DNA of 64,000 bases from Octopus vulgaris. Its lineage: Eukaryota. The stretch covers positions 74,834,001-74,898,000 of the forward strand of contig OX597826.1 in NCBI GenBank assembly GCA_951406725.2, in the 5' to 3' direction. The notes under the pieces are model-generated. The model saw only the letters and a list, made by a program, of their open reading frames with translations, ran no database searches and had not been told where the DNA came from. Shown here piece by piece: positions 13,425 through 25,523 of this stretch (the first letter of the stretch is position 1; each line of letters opens with the position of its first letter). The translations under genes were made by a program, and so were the position numbers.

Positions 13425-13588
13425 TAGGTGCAGGAGTGGCTGTGTGGTAAGTAGCTTGCTTACGAACCACATGGTTCCGGGTTCAGTCCCACTACGTGGC
13501 ACCTTGGGCAAGTGTCTTCTACTATAGCCTCGGGCCGACCAAAGCCTTGTGAGTGGATTTGGTAGACGAAAACTGAAAGAAGCCCGTC

Positions 13589-13646
<58 letters not shown>

Positions 13647-13821
13647 ATATGTTTGTGTGTGAGTGACAACCGATGCTGGTGTGTTTACGTCCCCAAAAGA
13701 GACCAATAGAATAAGTACTAGGCTTACAAAGAATAAGTCCCGGGGTCGATTTGCTCGACTAAAGGCGGTGCTCCAGCATGGCCGCAGTCACATGACTGAA
13801 ACAAGTAAAAGAGTAAAAGAG
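13425..13821 (+). mobile_element. SINE family B, 85 bp into beta-tubulin intron 1
   Basis: tRNA head AGGTGCAGGAGTGGCTGTGTGGTAAG, internal (TA)n(TG)n, tail AAGTAAAAGAGTAAAAGAG. Confidence 0.9.
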
Positions 13822-13905
13822 CAATACCGAGTTGTATAAGACTTCAGAGAACCGGTGTAAGTAACAGATCGTCAACGCAGAGAAAACGAGACCGTGGATA
13901 TTTAC

Positions 13906-13962
13906 CTTGGCTCCAATTTGGTTCCCGCACTGTCCAGCTTGCATATGAACAATCTCCCTCAT
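13906..13962 (-). CDS. TUBB: Beta-tubulin exon 1 coding part (MREIVHMQAGQCGNQIGAK)
   Basis: Diagnostic beta-tubulin N-terminus with the MREI motif, start context AACCATG, followed by AAG|GTAAAT at the conserved codon-19 intron position. Confidence 0.95.
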
Positions 13963-14076
13963 GGTTATTCAGATTGGCTGAGAATTGATTGAAAAAATGC
14001 GCGAGTGTATTCGTAGAAAGTCTTCCACAGTCTGCTGGTAATTCCTTGCCGAAATGTGTTCTGCGAAGTTCTCTCC

Positions 14077-14084
14077 TATTTATA
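14077..14084 (-). promoter_or_regulatory. TATA box of the beta-tubulin gene
   Basis: TATAAATA on the minus strand about 115 nt upstream of the ATG, consistent with a TSS near 14050. Confidence 0.65.
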
Positions 14085-14619
14085 AACATTGCACCACTTG
14101 ACTTTTGCATCGTGTCCAAACACATCGCCATTTTCATAAAGTTCCAGATTACATTTGCACTCAATGTAATCACCGTTATTCTGTCAAAAGGAATCAGTGC
14201 TTAGAACCATGGTAATCTCTACGGCACTAACTCCCTAACCGTTGCTAAGTTCTCCACTGCATTAACCTAAGACGCTCTAATAATAATAATATCGCAGATA
14301 AAATACAACTTACTTCTCTTTTGTGGACTGGATATTTTGAGACATAACGTTGCTATTTATCTTGAAAAAGAAGGGGATAAAAAAGGGGGGAAATAAAAGA
14401 AAAGGCACAAAGAAGAGAGAGAGAGAGAGACGATGGGGGTGTCAAGAGGGGAGAGGGAAAAGAGAAAGAAGGGGTCAGAGATTACCAGTAAATATTATTG
14501 TTGATTTTTTTGTTATTACTGGTGACAGTGTTGACGGGGTTGTTAGGGTCACTGGCGAATATCCTGAAGGGGTGTTGGCGATTATGTGATGGCACTGGAG
14601 TTATTGGTTTTGTAGTAAT

Positions 14620-14850
14620 GGCGGTGCTGGCAGTGGTGGCGGTGGTGGTGGTAGTGGTCGTGGTGGTAGTGGTGGTGGTAGTGGTGGTGGTGGTGGTGTT
14701 TGGTGATGGTGTTTGGTGGTGGTGGTGGTGGTAATGGTGGTGGTGATGGTGGTGGTGGTGGTGATGGTGGTGGTGATGGTGGTGGTGGTGGTGGTGGTGG
14801 TGGTGATGGTGGTGGTGGTGGTGGTCGTCGTCGTCGTCGTCGCCGCCGTC
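14620..14850. repeat. (GGT)n/(GTC)n trinucleotide tract
   Basis: Direct inspection; source of the poly-V/G/T/P ORFs. Confidence 0.95.
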
Positions 14851-15457
14851 ATCGCTGTTGTTACTTTAAAGGCAATAATACGATATTAGACGAAATACTT
14901 AACATTATTTCCTTCGACCAATATTTAGGTAGCCATGGCACCAAATCCACCCGGTCGGGTAGATTTGGAGCTAAAGTGTGACTAATCTTACAGACTGTTT
15001 TGGGTGTTTTTACAGGTTGATTCTAAAAAGTGTGAAGAAGTACTTTGGTTTTGATCTTTCCTTAAGAACACAGAAGCAGATGAGAAGCTTAAGATCATAA
15101 AACATCGAAGAAGATCAGGGCATTAACGGATTTCCTTCTATTGAGCCAGAGAGATTAAGAAGAGAAAATACGGGGATCTCATGTTGGCAGCAGAATCAAA
15201 GCGTTTCGTGCCAGGTCGCGAAAGGCAGTAATATTGGTTTCAAATTTTGGTACAAGGCCAGAATTTTTGTGGGCAGGGGATAAGTCGATTACAATGACCC
15301 CCAGTCCTCAGCTGGTACTTTTATTTCATCAACCCCCGAAAGAGTGAAAAGACAAAAATAAACCTCGGCGAAATTTGAACTCAGAACGTAAAGACGGACG
15401 AAATGGCCGCTATGCATTTTGCCCAACGTGCTAACGATTCTGCCAGCTCGCCACCTC

Positions 15458-15494
<37 letters not shown>

Positions 15495-15496
<2 letters not shown>

Positions 15497-17785
15497 CATC
15501 ATCATCATCATCATCGTTTAACGTCCGCTTTCCATGCTAGCATGGGTTGGACGGTTCAACTGGGGTCTGGGAAGCCCGAAGGCTGCACCAGGCCAGTCAG
15601 ATGTGGCAGTGTTTCTACAGCTGGATGCCCTTCCTAACGCCAACCACTCCGAGAGTGTAGTGGGTGATTTTATGTGCCACCGACACAGGTGCCAGACGAG
15701 GCTGGCAGACGGCCACGCTCGGATGGTGTTTTTTGTGTGCCACCGACACAGGTGCCACCGACACAGGTGCCAGACGAGGCTGGCAGACGGCCACGCTCGG
15801 ATGGAGTTTTTTATGTGCCACCGACACATGTGCCAGACGAGGCTGGCAGACGGCCACGCTCGGATGGTGTTTTTTATGTGCCACCGACACAGGTGCCAGA
15901 CGAGGCTGGCGGACGGCCACGCTCGGATGGTGTTTGTTACGTGCCCTCAGCACGGAGGCCAGTCATTGCGGTACTGGCTACGGTCACGTTCGGATGGTTT
16001 TCTTATGTGCCACCGGCACTGGTACCACAAGGATACAAATTCCATTGATGTTCATCTATTTTGATTTGGTTCGATTTGATTTGATACGATTCGATTCTCA
16101 CTTGCCTCAACAGGTCTTCACAAGTGTCACAAGAAGGAAGGTATGCACAGGTGGACTGACTACGTCCCAGGTAGGGGCCACGGATTATGGCTTCACTAGT
16201 CTTGCCGGGTCTTCTCACGCACAGCATACTTCCATAGGTCTCGGTCTCTAGTCATTTCCATGGTGAGACCTAACGTCCGAAGGTCGTGCTTCACCACCTC
16301 GTCCCAGGTTTTCCTGGGTCTACCTCTTCCACGGGTTCCCTCAACTGCTAGGGATTGGCACTTTCTCACACACCTCTCTTCATCCATTCTCGCCACATGA
16401 CCATACCAGCGCAATCGTCTCTCTTGCACACAACAACTGATGCTTCTTAGGTACAACATTTCTCTCAAGGTACTAACGCTCTGTCGAGTAAGTACACTGA
16501 CATTACACATCCATCGGAGCATACTGGCTTCGTTCCTCACGAGCTTACGCATGTCCTCAGCAGTCACGGCCCATGTTTCACTGCCATGTAGCATAGCTGT
16601 TCGTACACATGCATCATACAGTCTGCCTTTTACTCTGAGCGAGAGGCCTTTAGTCACCAGCAGAGGTAAGAGCTCCCTAAACTTTGCCCAGGCTATTCTT
16701 ATTCTAGCAGTTACACTTTCAGCGCACCCACCCCCACTACTGACTTGGTCACCTAGATAGCGGAAACTATCAACTACTTCTAGTTTTTCCCCCGGAAAGT
16801 GACAGAAGTTGTTTTCTGCAGATTTTCGGAGGTCAGTGCTCCAGAGCACCTGCCACATACAAAAACTATCTTCCCAGTTAGCCTACCTTTGACATTGCTG
16901 CACCTCTTATGTGTCCATAGCTTACACTGGGTACATCTTATAGAGTTTCTACCTACACCTTTTCTACAGATCGAGCAGGGCCATCTTCCTGATGATATTT
17001 GTGGGTTTTCTACCTTTCTACTTATTAGTACTTTGGTTTTAGCTAGGTTGACTCTAAGGCCCCTCGATTCTAAACCCTCCTTCCACACCTGGAACTTCTC
17101 CTCCAGTTCTGATAGTGACTCAGCGATTAGAGCGAGGTCGTCAGCATAGAGGATCTCCCAGGGGCAACCTGTCTTGAATTCCTCCGTTATTGCCTGGAGG
17201 ACTATGATAAATAGGAGGGGGCTGAGTACTGAACCCTGGTGGACCCCAACCTCTACTTTGAATTCTTCTGTGTACATGTTGCCAACTCTAACCTTACTTA
17301 CGGCATCTCTGTACATGGCTTGCACAGCCCTCACCAGCCATTCATCTATCCCTAGTTTCCTCATTGACCACCAGATGAGGGATCGGGGGACCCTATCAAA
17401 GGCTTTCTCCATGTCAACAAAAGCCAGGTACAGGGGCTTATCCTTGGCTAGGTATTTCTCCTGCAGCTGCCTTACCAGGAATATAGCATCAGTGGTGCTT
17501 TTCCCTGGGACAAACCCAAACTGCATCTCATCTAAACTAACTCTCTCTCTAATTAGTTGGGCTAAGACCCTCTCCGTAACCTTCATTACCTGATCCAACA
17601 GCTTGATACCTCTGTAATTATTTGTATCCAGGGCATCACCTTTACCTTTGTAGCAGTTGACTAGTATGCTGCTACACCAGTCATTGGGTATGACTCCTTC
17701 GTGTATCACCTGGTTGACTATACGGGTGACTAGGTTATAGCCGACACTGCCAGATATTTTGAGCATCTCTGCAGTAATTCCTAAT
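15495..17785 (-). mobile_element. RTE-clade LINE, 5'-truncated, with (GAT)n tail
   Basis: RT motifs (NYRGIKLL, QFGF, AFVDMEKAFDRV, GVHQGSVLSPLLF, YADD), RTE-type C-terminus (RRLRWYGHV, GRGRPRKTW), 3'UTR with 63-bp repeats and (GAT)n tail. Confidence 0.96.
16196..17785 (-). pseudogene. RTE ORF fragment (RT domain to C-terminus) broken by one frameshift
   Basis: ORFs 16780-17802 and 16196-16858 join via a single 1-bp deletion near 16794 (TFRGKN* versus expected TFxGEKLEVVDSF). The endonuclease is missing. Confidence 0.92.
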
Positions 17786-18588
17786 GATGCAAAAAAATCC
17801 AAGGTTTATTTTTCTTAGTGAAACGCACGTTGGTGTACTTCCCACAGTTTACCGAAGCATTTGTACTTGGAGGGGAATACAGACTATATTTCGTAGTGTT
17901 CGACTTCAGAAAAACTATTTTTATTATAAAATACACCCAATATAAATGTTAACATATTAATTCACAACAGTACCAACTAGTAAATATTTATGTAATAACA
18001 AACCTATTTCTTTATTACCCATAAGGGGCTAAACATAGAGGTGACAAACAAGGTATTAAGTCGATTACATCGTCCCCAGTGTGTAACTGGTACTTAATTT
18101 ATCGACCCCGAAAGGATGAAAGGCAAAGTCGACCTCGGCGGAATTTGAACTCAGAACGTAACGGCAGACGAAATACCGCTAAGCATTTCGCCCGGCGTGC
18201 TAACGGTTCTGCCAACGTATTGCTGTAAAATGCTGGGCGTGGGGTGGGTAAAATTTCCCAAGGTTCCACTCCCACCCAACCCCGTTTTCTGGACAAAAAA
18301 AAAAAACGTTTTGTGGCATATTAGGAGGTCGCCGTAATTCACTCAACGAAAAAAAAAAAAGTTTCCAATGATCCCGGGATGGAGGCGGGAGAGGGGGTCG
18401 CTTCCCTCCCCTTTTCCGAACAAAAATAAGGGGTACATTATTTGCATTATTTACATTATTTACAAAAGAGACTGATAGAATAAGAACTAGGCTTCCAAAG
18501 AATAAGTCCCGGAGTCGATTTGCTCGACTAAAGGCGGTGCTCCAGCATGGCCGCAGTCAAATGACTGAAACAAATATAAGAGTAAAAG

Positions 18589-18623
<35 letters not shown>

Positions 18624-18685
18624 GAAGGTTTACGAAAATAGACAAAAGACGAAGGCAGGCGCTCAGGAATAGAAATAAAACAAGT

Positions 18686-18722
18686 CTTTTATGTTTCGAG
18701 CCTACGCTTTTCGACAGGAAAG
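18686..18722 (-). ncRNA. Hammerhead-like motif (variant core CUGUCGA)
   Basis: CTGTCGA A AAGC-GTAG-GCTC GAAAC ATA AAAG; second copy at 41176-41211. Confidence 0.45.
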
Positions 18723-18938
18723 ATACACAGAAAAGAAACAAGGAGAGAAAAAAATGCGTGCAGGAGCTAACGGTTCATCATGGCGTTCGGATGTATGTAT
18801 ATATATATATATATATATATTGTTATATTTCGGAATGGTCATTTTGCCAGTTTAGCCAATAAAAACACACGCACTATATATTTGGTGTTATTTTGCTTCA
18901 GTGTTATTTATTTTTTACATTAATCTTAATCTTATTTC

Positions 18939-18983
18939 GGCCAGAGTTCTTTCGTCACACTCCTGTGACCGCATCAGTGGTCC
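18939..18983 (-). ncRNA. Minimal type-I hammerhead ribozyme (A9->C variant)
   Basis: GGACCA CTGATGC G GTCAC-AGGAGT-GTGAC GAAA G-AA-C TC^ TGGCC: stems I, II and III all pair. Confidence 0.65.
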
Positions 18984-19046
18984 TTTGTTTTCTTCTTTCT
19001 TATTTCAACACACGACTTCACATAAAAATCTTGCACAACAAATATT

Positions 19047-19093
<47 letters not shown>

Positions 19094-19513
19094 GACTTAG
19101 TAACATACTGATATTTAAAAATATATTTATATCTAAATTAATTATTTTATGAAAGGCATGGATGGTTCTTTTTCGGTATTTGAGGCACAGTTATAATTTT
19201 GAAGGACTAAATGGTAGCATAGTTGCTTCCCTTTTTGTTTATCTATGTGCTAGTTGTTGCTTGTGATTATGTATGTGTATAAGTGTATGTATATACATAT
19301 AACTATGTGTGTATGTGCGATTGATCTGTAGATGCGTGTGTGAATATTGGCGTTCCTTGACTAACCAACCGTATAATTTTCTTTTGTGATTTAAATTTCA
19401 AACCAATAGCCAATCGAATTAATCTAAATTTTCTTTACCTAGTGGTCAGCATTTCTAAACTCATAGTTATTTCGTTCTTGAAAGGATGGACTTTGTGCAA
19501 ACTTAACTGTATC

Positions 19514-19583
<70 letters not shown>

Positions 19584-19920
19584 ATTAATAGTAATTTTTA
19601 TTAACTTTTATAGCTTTAGAATTTTATGAACTGAACCATGGTTTTAATTATTATTTTTCATCTCCCTATGTGTTAGGTTTTTTTAAAAAAAATATTAGCC
19701 AAATATGTATAATATCGGTACTTATTAATATTAATATATACACTGATATATATTTTGTTTTATTTTGTTCTGTTTACCTTCCTTTATTGTACCATTGTGT
19801 ATTATATTATATAAGTGTAGCATTATGATGTATAAGTTTTTATATTTTACATTTTTATATTTTTATATTTATATGTATATGATTATATAATATTTTTCAC
19901 AATTATAACAAATTTAATTT

Positions 19921-20035
19921 AATTCTCTGAAGAGGCCGTGGGGCATCCTTGTTAATGCCTCATTTATACCTGCCTTTATGGCTTATAGGTTAAATGAGGT
20001 ATGACTGCCCTCACTGCCGAAACAGCTGTCAGTTT
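19921..20035 (+). ncRNA. Type-I hammerhead ribozyme with long stem II
   Basis: CTGAAGA (19927-33), stem II GGC/GCC extended by GTGGGGCA/TGCCCTCAC, GAAA (20019-22), palindromic stem III AC-AGCT-GT, GUC^ at 20030. Stem I is short. Confidence 0.75.
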
Positions 20036-20397
20036 TGATTAATTGCATATTATATTTAAAATTTTTTACTTATATCTCTTTATCTTTTTACTATTAATGT
20101 ATATCTCTTTTTGTATAATGCCTCTACTCATATGTAATGGTGTATTAAAGTATTGATTGGGTATCATCGGATAGTTGATGTTTTATTGATTTAAGTATGT
20201 TTCTCCATTCTCTAATTTTGTAGTATTAATTTACGGTAATATTATTACCTTTACCCATATAATACATTTGATGAACTGATTGTTTGACAATTTTTAACAT
20301 CTATGTATTAATCTTGTTGGGTACCTATCTGGCAGTATATTGGATATATATTATCCCATGGTGGGTTGAATTTTCAACCCCTATCTCATTTTATAAC

Positions 20398-20445
<48 letters not shown>

Positions 20446-22006
20446 ATTAGCGACAGAAGCTGGATTAATGGCTTGTGTTGGTCGACCACGTGCCACATAG
20501 CCATGGACCCATTAAGGAGGTATCTCGCTGAGATGGTAGGGAGTGACTGGGACTCCACTCGACTGCGGTTGCCCAGGAGGACCCGGGAATATTGTTTAGG
20601 GGTTTATAATTTATGGAGGTTTTATTGCATACAATACATTTGCGCGCGTGTGTATTCTTCTTGGGAGCCGAGGGAGTACAACATGGGTGTTCAACCTGAT
20701 AATAATCCTTTCTACTATAGACAGAAGAGGAGGAGGGGTAGTCGACTGCTTCGACCCCAGCACACAACTGGTACGTATTTCAAAAGTAAAGTCGATCCCG
20801 GCAGTATTTGAATTCAGAGAGTAAAACCGGAAGAAATGCTGCTGAGTATTTTATCCGGCATGCCAACGATTCTGCCAGCTTGCTGCATTACTCAGCGTGT
20901 TAATATTCGTTTCAAATTTTAGCACAAGGCCAGCAATTTTGGGAGTGGGGTTACGTACATTACTCGACCGCAGTACACAACTGGTACTTAATCTGTTCTA
21001 CTCTTGACAAAAGGCCTCAAATTTTATGGGGAAGGGGCCAGTCGATTAGATCGATCCCAGAACGCAACTGGTACATAATTTATCGATCCCGAAAGGATGA
21101 AAGGCAAAGATGACTTCGGCGAAATTTGAACTCAGGACCTAGCGACTGAGCATTTGGTCCAATGTAGTAACAGTTCTGACAGCTGCCTGGCTTGTCAACA
21201 CCTTAAGAATCTGTTCTACTCTAGGCACAAAGCCCGAAATTTGGGGGAAGGGGCCAGTCAATTAGATCGACCCCAGTACGCAAATGGTACTTAATTTATC
21301 GACCCCGAAAGGCAAAGTCGACCTCGGCGGAATTTGAACTCAGAACGCTAAGCATTTCACCCGGCGTGCTTAACGTTTCTGCCAACTCGCTGCCTTTTCC
21401 AACACCTTCATAATAGCATCTAAGTACTCTTCAAATTACACCCAGGTCAGGTCGTCTTTATTTTTAAAAAGAAACCTAAGGAAGGGTATATATTAGATAC
21501 TTTGGATTGGTACACTAGACTTGAAAATGCAATACAAGATGGTCTCAGCTGGAACGGCTTTGACTATGGGGGTCAGCTCGATCAGGGTTGACTGAGACTC
21601 GAGAAACAACAGTCTTCTGCGTGTGTATTTGTAAGTGTGTGTGTATGTGTGGTGGGGTGCAGTTTAACCCCGTTTTATCAGTGACAGTCAAGAACAAACC
21701 CGTCCATTAGCAATTAGGTATTTCGAAAACACTTCAACGTTGGCTGGTTTTTACCTTCCATCTGCGGTTGTCATTCGATGTGTGAGATCAGAAATAAGGG
21801 AAATAATATGCTCCGTGTGTGAACATGTCATTGTTAGGACATCTGAGATAAGAAGGGGATTTAATCCTTGATATTTTGGCGGGGGCCTTTCACAGCCATT
21901 GTGCGGGGGTTCGAATGCAGACTACGTATCACCTGAACATCGACACAAACAATCGCAAAATTGTAGATGTGTTAAAAGAAAAAATCAGTAACTTCATTTT
22001 GATTAT

Positions 22007-22399
22007 TCTTTACTCTTTTACTCTTTTTACTTGTTTCAGTCATTTGACTGCGGCCATGCTGGAGCACCGCCTTTTAGTCGAGCAAATCGACCCCGGGACT
22101 TATTCTTTGTAAGCCCAGTACTTATTCTATCGGTCTCTTTTGCCGAACCGCTAAGTGACGGGGACGTAAACACACCAGCATCGGTTGTCAAGCAATGCTA
22201 GGGGGACAAACACACACACACACACATATATATATACATATATACGACAGGCTTCTTTCAGTTTCCGTCTACCAAATCCACTCACAAGGCATTGGTCGGC
22301 CCGGGGCCATAGCAGAAGACACTTGCCCAAGATGCCACGCAGTGGGACTGAACCCGGAACCATGTGGTTGGTTAGCAAGCTACTTACCACACAGCCACT
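22007..22399 (-). mobile_element. SINE family B
   Basis: Near full-length family B copy. Confidence 0.9.
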
Positions 22400-23803
22400 A
22401 TTAAACTCACTTTTCATTAAACTTATTTCTAATTAATTGCGAGCCATAATTATGTTATATCGTTTAAATAAAAATATGTCCGCCATTTCTATTCATGACA
22501 AAGCCTATCTTTTTATTTATTTTTTGATGTTTTACTCATTGGACTGCGGCCATGCTGTGGCTCTGCCTTGAAGGGTTTAGTCGAACAAATCGAGCAACGT
22601 ATTTGTTTTTAAATCTAGTATTTATTCTATCGGCGTCTTTTGACGAATCACAAAAGTTACGGGAAACGTAAACAAACCGACATTGGTTGCCAAGCGATAT
22701 TGGGGGGAGGGGGAGAAGCACAAATCCAAAGACACATGCACGCATACATACATACACACACAAGCATACGTGCACACACACACAGGCAAACACACACACA
22801 CACATACACATATACCACGTATTTCTACACAATTCCCGTCCACCAAATTCACTCACCAATCCGGGCTTTGATCGCGCAGTGGGATTGAACGCGAAACTAT
22901 GTGGTTGCAAAGCTGGCTTCGTAACCACAGTCAATCAAAATGTAAACAAACCGGGACACGAAAGACTATCAAGTGCTTCATGACCCCCAAACACATTAAA
23001 ATTGAAATTTTTTGACAAAATGTTTGAAACCCTCGGTGTCTTACTCGTAGGACGCGGCTCATTTGTCGTGGATCTCTGCTCTACGTGGTTACTCAGCCTA
23101 CTAAAAAAAAAATAGCAGCCAAATCTCCTTCAGATGATACTGTAGCGATAAAGTTCTTTCAGTTATCATCGTAGACCGTTTGAAACCATTCCTCAAAGAA
23201 ATAGCTAAAGAACAGGCTGGCTTTAGAAATGAACATGGCTGGGGCCGGATAAAGACCCATCGAGGCCCTAAGCACCAAAAGATTTTGGTGCCCACATAAA
23301 AGATTATGTAATTCAGAGGCATCTCGAATATTATTTTAGCAAGTTTAAAGGGATTTCTTTTGTGCGGACTGATGAAACAAACACCAGTCGAATACTGTGA
23401 TTGATTTAATTGATTCCACCACTCCAGAAATAAGTGTGGTTGTGTAGCCTTATGTTTGAAATCTAGATTTCAGCCGTGAGATCATGAGTCCTTAAGGAAA
23501 GTGGCTGCATTCACAGCAAAGAACTTTGATGAGAGACACACAGACACCACTTCCTGGTGTTTTAGCAATTTGTGCTATGACTGAGAAAGAAGAAACCTAC
23601 TTGTTGTTGCTCGACCTGATAGAAATAGCAGACAACTCATACCTTACCATCTTGAGAATATTCCCCACAATGTTTTGGCATTAGGAAGGGCATCCAGCTG
23701 TAGAATCTCTGCCAGATCAAGATTGGAGCCTGGTGCAGCCATCTGGTTTGCCAGACCTCAATCAAATCGTCCAACCCATGCTAGCTTGGAAAGCGGACGT
23801 TAA

Positions 23804-23835
<32 letters not shown>

Positions 23836-24484
23836 TGTAGTTTGAGATATATAAAAAAAAACTATGAGATGGTCATGGTTGTAACGCCAGCGATCTAAGT
23901 TTGTTCTTGGGCTAAACAACAACATCAGCAACAATAAAAGAGAAATATATTTCAAAACAGCCAAAGAAAATGGAGTTGGAAATGTAGTTGTCATGAAAAA
24001 ACAGGATGGAAGCTCTTTCTAAAATCCTTTCTTATTTTGGTTCAAGGTTAGCAGCTTTGAGGGGCAGGGCAGTCGATTACAACAGCCCAGTGTTCAACTG
24101 GTATTTTATGTTGTCACCCTACCAAAAGAATGAAAGGTAAAGTTGTCCTCAGTAGTATTTGAACCCAGGAGACAAAGAGCCAGAACCAATGTCACTCAAC
24201 GTTTGCCCCACATCCTAATGGGTTCCTTTGGCTCACTGCCTTAAAACGATTTCTAATAGGTTTCAAATTTTGGCACAAGGCCAGCAACTTTGAAGGAGGG
24301 GGTAAGTCAGTTACATCGACCCAGTGTTCAACTGGTACTTATTTTATTGACCTCCAAAAAGATGAAAGCAAAGGTGACTGTGGTGGGGTTTGAACTCAGG
24401 ATTTAGAGACAGACAAAATGTTGCTATGCATTTTGTGCAATGTGCTAACGATTCAGCCAACAACCCACCTTGAAGCTATTTCTA

Positions 24485-25098
24485 TTCTTTTCTACTCTAG
24501 GCACAAGGTCCGAAATTTTGGGGGTGGGGGGCCAGTCATTTAGATTGACCCCAGTATGCAACTGGCACTTAATTTATCGACCCCAAAAAGATGAAAGGCA
24601 AAGTCAACCTCTGTGGAATTTGAACTCAGAATGTAAAGACAGACGAAATACCTATTTCTTTACTACCCACAAAGGGGACAAACAAGGACAGACAAACGGA
24701 TTAAGTCAATTATATCGACCCCAGTACGTAACTGGTACTTAATTTATCGACCCCAAAAGGATGAAAGGCAAAGTCGACCTCGGTGGAATTTGAACTCAGA
24801 ATGCAGCGGCGGACGAAATACCGCTAAACATTTCGCCAGGTGTGCTAACGTTTCTGCCAGCTCGCCACCTTTAAAGAATATTCTTTTCTACTCTAGACAC
24901 AAGGCCCGAAATTTTGGGGGAACGGGGGCCAGTCGATTAGATCGACCTCAGTATGCAACTGGCACTTAATTTATCAACCCTAAAAGGATGAAAGGCAGAG
25001 TCGACCTCGGTGGAATTTGAACTCAGAATGTAAAGACAGACGAAATACCGCTAAGCAGTTCGCCCAGCATGCTAACGTTTCTACCAGCTCGCCACCTT
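24485..25098 (-). mobile_element. Two tandem SINE family A copies (head+A+B; head+B)
   Basis: tRNA heads end at about 24870 and 25098. Confidence 0.88.
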
Positions 25099-25523
25099 AA
25101 AGCTATTTGTATTATGTCCACAACTGTGTGTCTGACTGGATCCTGGTCAATAAAGTGCAAAGATTTCAACAGAATTAAGACTGTTTATCAACACATTATC
25201 CATAAACCCTGACTGGATTTATTATATATTGCAGATCAGTGAAATGTTTTCTCAAGAGACATAAATTACGGCAAAATTAGTTCTCACACGTTCACCAGTA
25301 GATCTCGACAGCCAGCTTATCACCGTCTGTGTGACAGCAAGCTCTCATTGAGATTACAATTTAAGTAGACCCTTGTTTAGCAAAATCAGAACTCTAAATA
25401 AATTATATATTCATCACATCAAAAGAATTGTCAGAAATTCAGTCAATAATTTCACTGAATTAAAATTTGAGTTGATAAAATATGAGTTGAAGTAAAACTG
25501 ATGTTTTGTGGTTTATAGAGAAA

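Larger units (their letters stand above)
18821..20400. mobile_element. AT-rich non-autonomous Penelope-like element(s) inserted in (TA)n
   Basis: Bounded by (TA)n, carries two minimal hammerheads, and its first 35 nt recur at about 43153. No ORF. Confidence 0.55.

Noticed and set aside
15518-16251. Repetitive ORFs (CHRHRCQTRLADGHARM; also 51626-52455) and a CRISPR-like look
   Set aside because: 63-bp head-to-tail repeats in an RTE 3'UTR with no unique spacers; eukaryotic context.
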